Shown here in pieces: positions 6,236-6,739 of a stretch of 6,739 bases of DNA. Origin of the DNA: a virus (taxonomy: Duplodnaviria; Heunggongvirae; Uroviricota; Caudoviricetes). The stretch covers positions 1 through 6,739 of the IMG/VR virus record IMGVR_UViG_2711768034_000001; one strand, 5' to 3'. The notes beneath the pieces were generated by a model. The model did not search any database, had not been told where the DNA came from, and saw only the letters and a list, made by a program, of their open reading frames with translations. A program made the translations under genes and the position numbers. Within the stretch, counting starts at the first letter, position 1. The number at the start of each line of letters is the position of its first letter.

Positions 6236-6739
6236 CGTGTTCACCCTCACGAACTTTCAGGTAGGTATTATCGTTAAGCAGGAAATCAAATCCCTTTTTG
6301 TGCCAGACGGTTCCGCGTTGATGGTTTGGACGCTCTTCGAACATCCATCGGCAATTTTCGCCTACGTAGCTCAAATAATTTCTCCAGTCCTGCATCGTGA
6401 ACCCATGCCCGTCAAGCTGGCGGGTTATCACTCCGGCTTTGCGCCAGAACGTTCGGATCTGGTTTTTACGCTTGTCATTCAGTGCGCGGATTCTTGGCGC
6501 TTCAGGAAGGATTTCGTGGTAAGCATCGACAACATCCTGACAGCTGACGGGAGGTTTTTTCTTGTCAGACTTTTTGTCTGCTGTGGCACTCTCTAATACG
6601 TCAGTATTAGAGATAATATTATTATATTCTTTATCTGTGGTAATTTGCTGGTAATCTGCTGGTACAGTATTTCTTACAGGCATTGGTATTGCTGACTTTG
6701 ATGTGGTAATTTGCTGGTAATCTGCTGGTACAAAATTTG
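6225..6739 (-). CDS. Replication initiator, O-like (C-terminal portion; 5' end beyond the window), with origin iterons inside the coding sequence
   Basis: The frame of the 6225..6683 ORF stays open upstream to the window edge (…NFVPADYQQITTSKSAIPMPVRNTVPADYQQITTDKEY…). The DNA direct repeats encode a repeated VPADYQQITT peptide, as in lambda O where the ori iterons encode the interdomain linker. Position immediately upstream of the helicase fits. No sequence homology to lambda O was recognised, so the call rests on position and architecture. Confidence 0.55.
   Translation of the reverse strand, partial: NFVPADYQQITTSKSAIPMPVRNTVPADYQQITTDKEYNNIISNTDVLESATADKKSDKKKPPVSCQDVVDAYHEILPEAPRIRALNDKRKNQIRTFWRKAGVITRQLDGHGFTMQDWRNYLSYVGENCRWMFEERPNHQRGTVWHKKGFDFLLNDNTYLKVREGEHDDR
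6636..6732. repeat. Iteron-like direct repeats: two perfect 31-bp copies, each built of ~11-bp sub-repeats, flanking an AT-rich tract; candidate phage replication origin
   Basis: tgtggtaatttgctggtaatctgctggtaca occurs at 6636..6666 and again at 6702..6732. Inside each copy, tgctggtaat(c/t) recurs with ~11-bp spacing, and a degenerate copy ttggtattgctg lies between them. An AT-rich tract (tattagagataatattattatattctttatc, about 6605..6635) is adjacent. The array may continue past 6739. Confidence 0.6.

Noticed and set aside
742-6596. The other plus-strand track ORFs (742..957, 1416..1628, 2321..2521, 2490..2696, 3948..4157, 4130..4339, 4427..4744, 5538..5801, 5771..5998, 5893..6264, 6237..6596)
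   Set aside because: Each lies antisense within a minus-strand gene that has clear homology or motifs. Several start at non-ATG codons without an SD (for example 4427 is TTG). The whole region is a single minus-strand operon.
6636-6739. Direct repeats considered as a CRISPR array
   Set aside because: Only two 31-bp copies, each made of shorter internal sub-repeats, lying inside a coding frame next to an AT-rich tract, with no cas genes. The pattern fits origin iterons, not CRISPR.

Overview
This window is the right arm (early-to-late junction) of a lambdoid prophage, with every supportable gene on the minus strand, transcribed from high to low coordinates. The order is: an O-like replication initiator carrying origin-type iterons (5' end off-window), a DnaB-family helicase, a tR2-like terminator, a small two-TM membrane ORF of unknown function, then NinB, a Dam-family N6-adenine methyltransferase, NinE, NinF, NinG, NinI phosphatase, a non-lambda (82/933W-type) Q antiterminator, two tRNA genes, a hairpin, and the lambda-type lysis cassette S, R and the start of Rz. 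The module mix is mosaic: P22-style replication, near-lambda nin and lysis genes, non-lambda Q. I found no clearly novel multi-gene system. The most notable items are the uncharacterised membrane ORF at the lambda ren position, the tRNA pair at the Q-S cargo locus, the orphan methyltransferase and the in-gene origin repeats. All homology calls are from memory of lambda proteins and motif reading; no searches were run.
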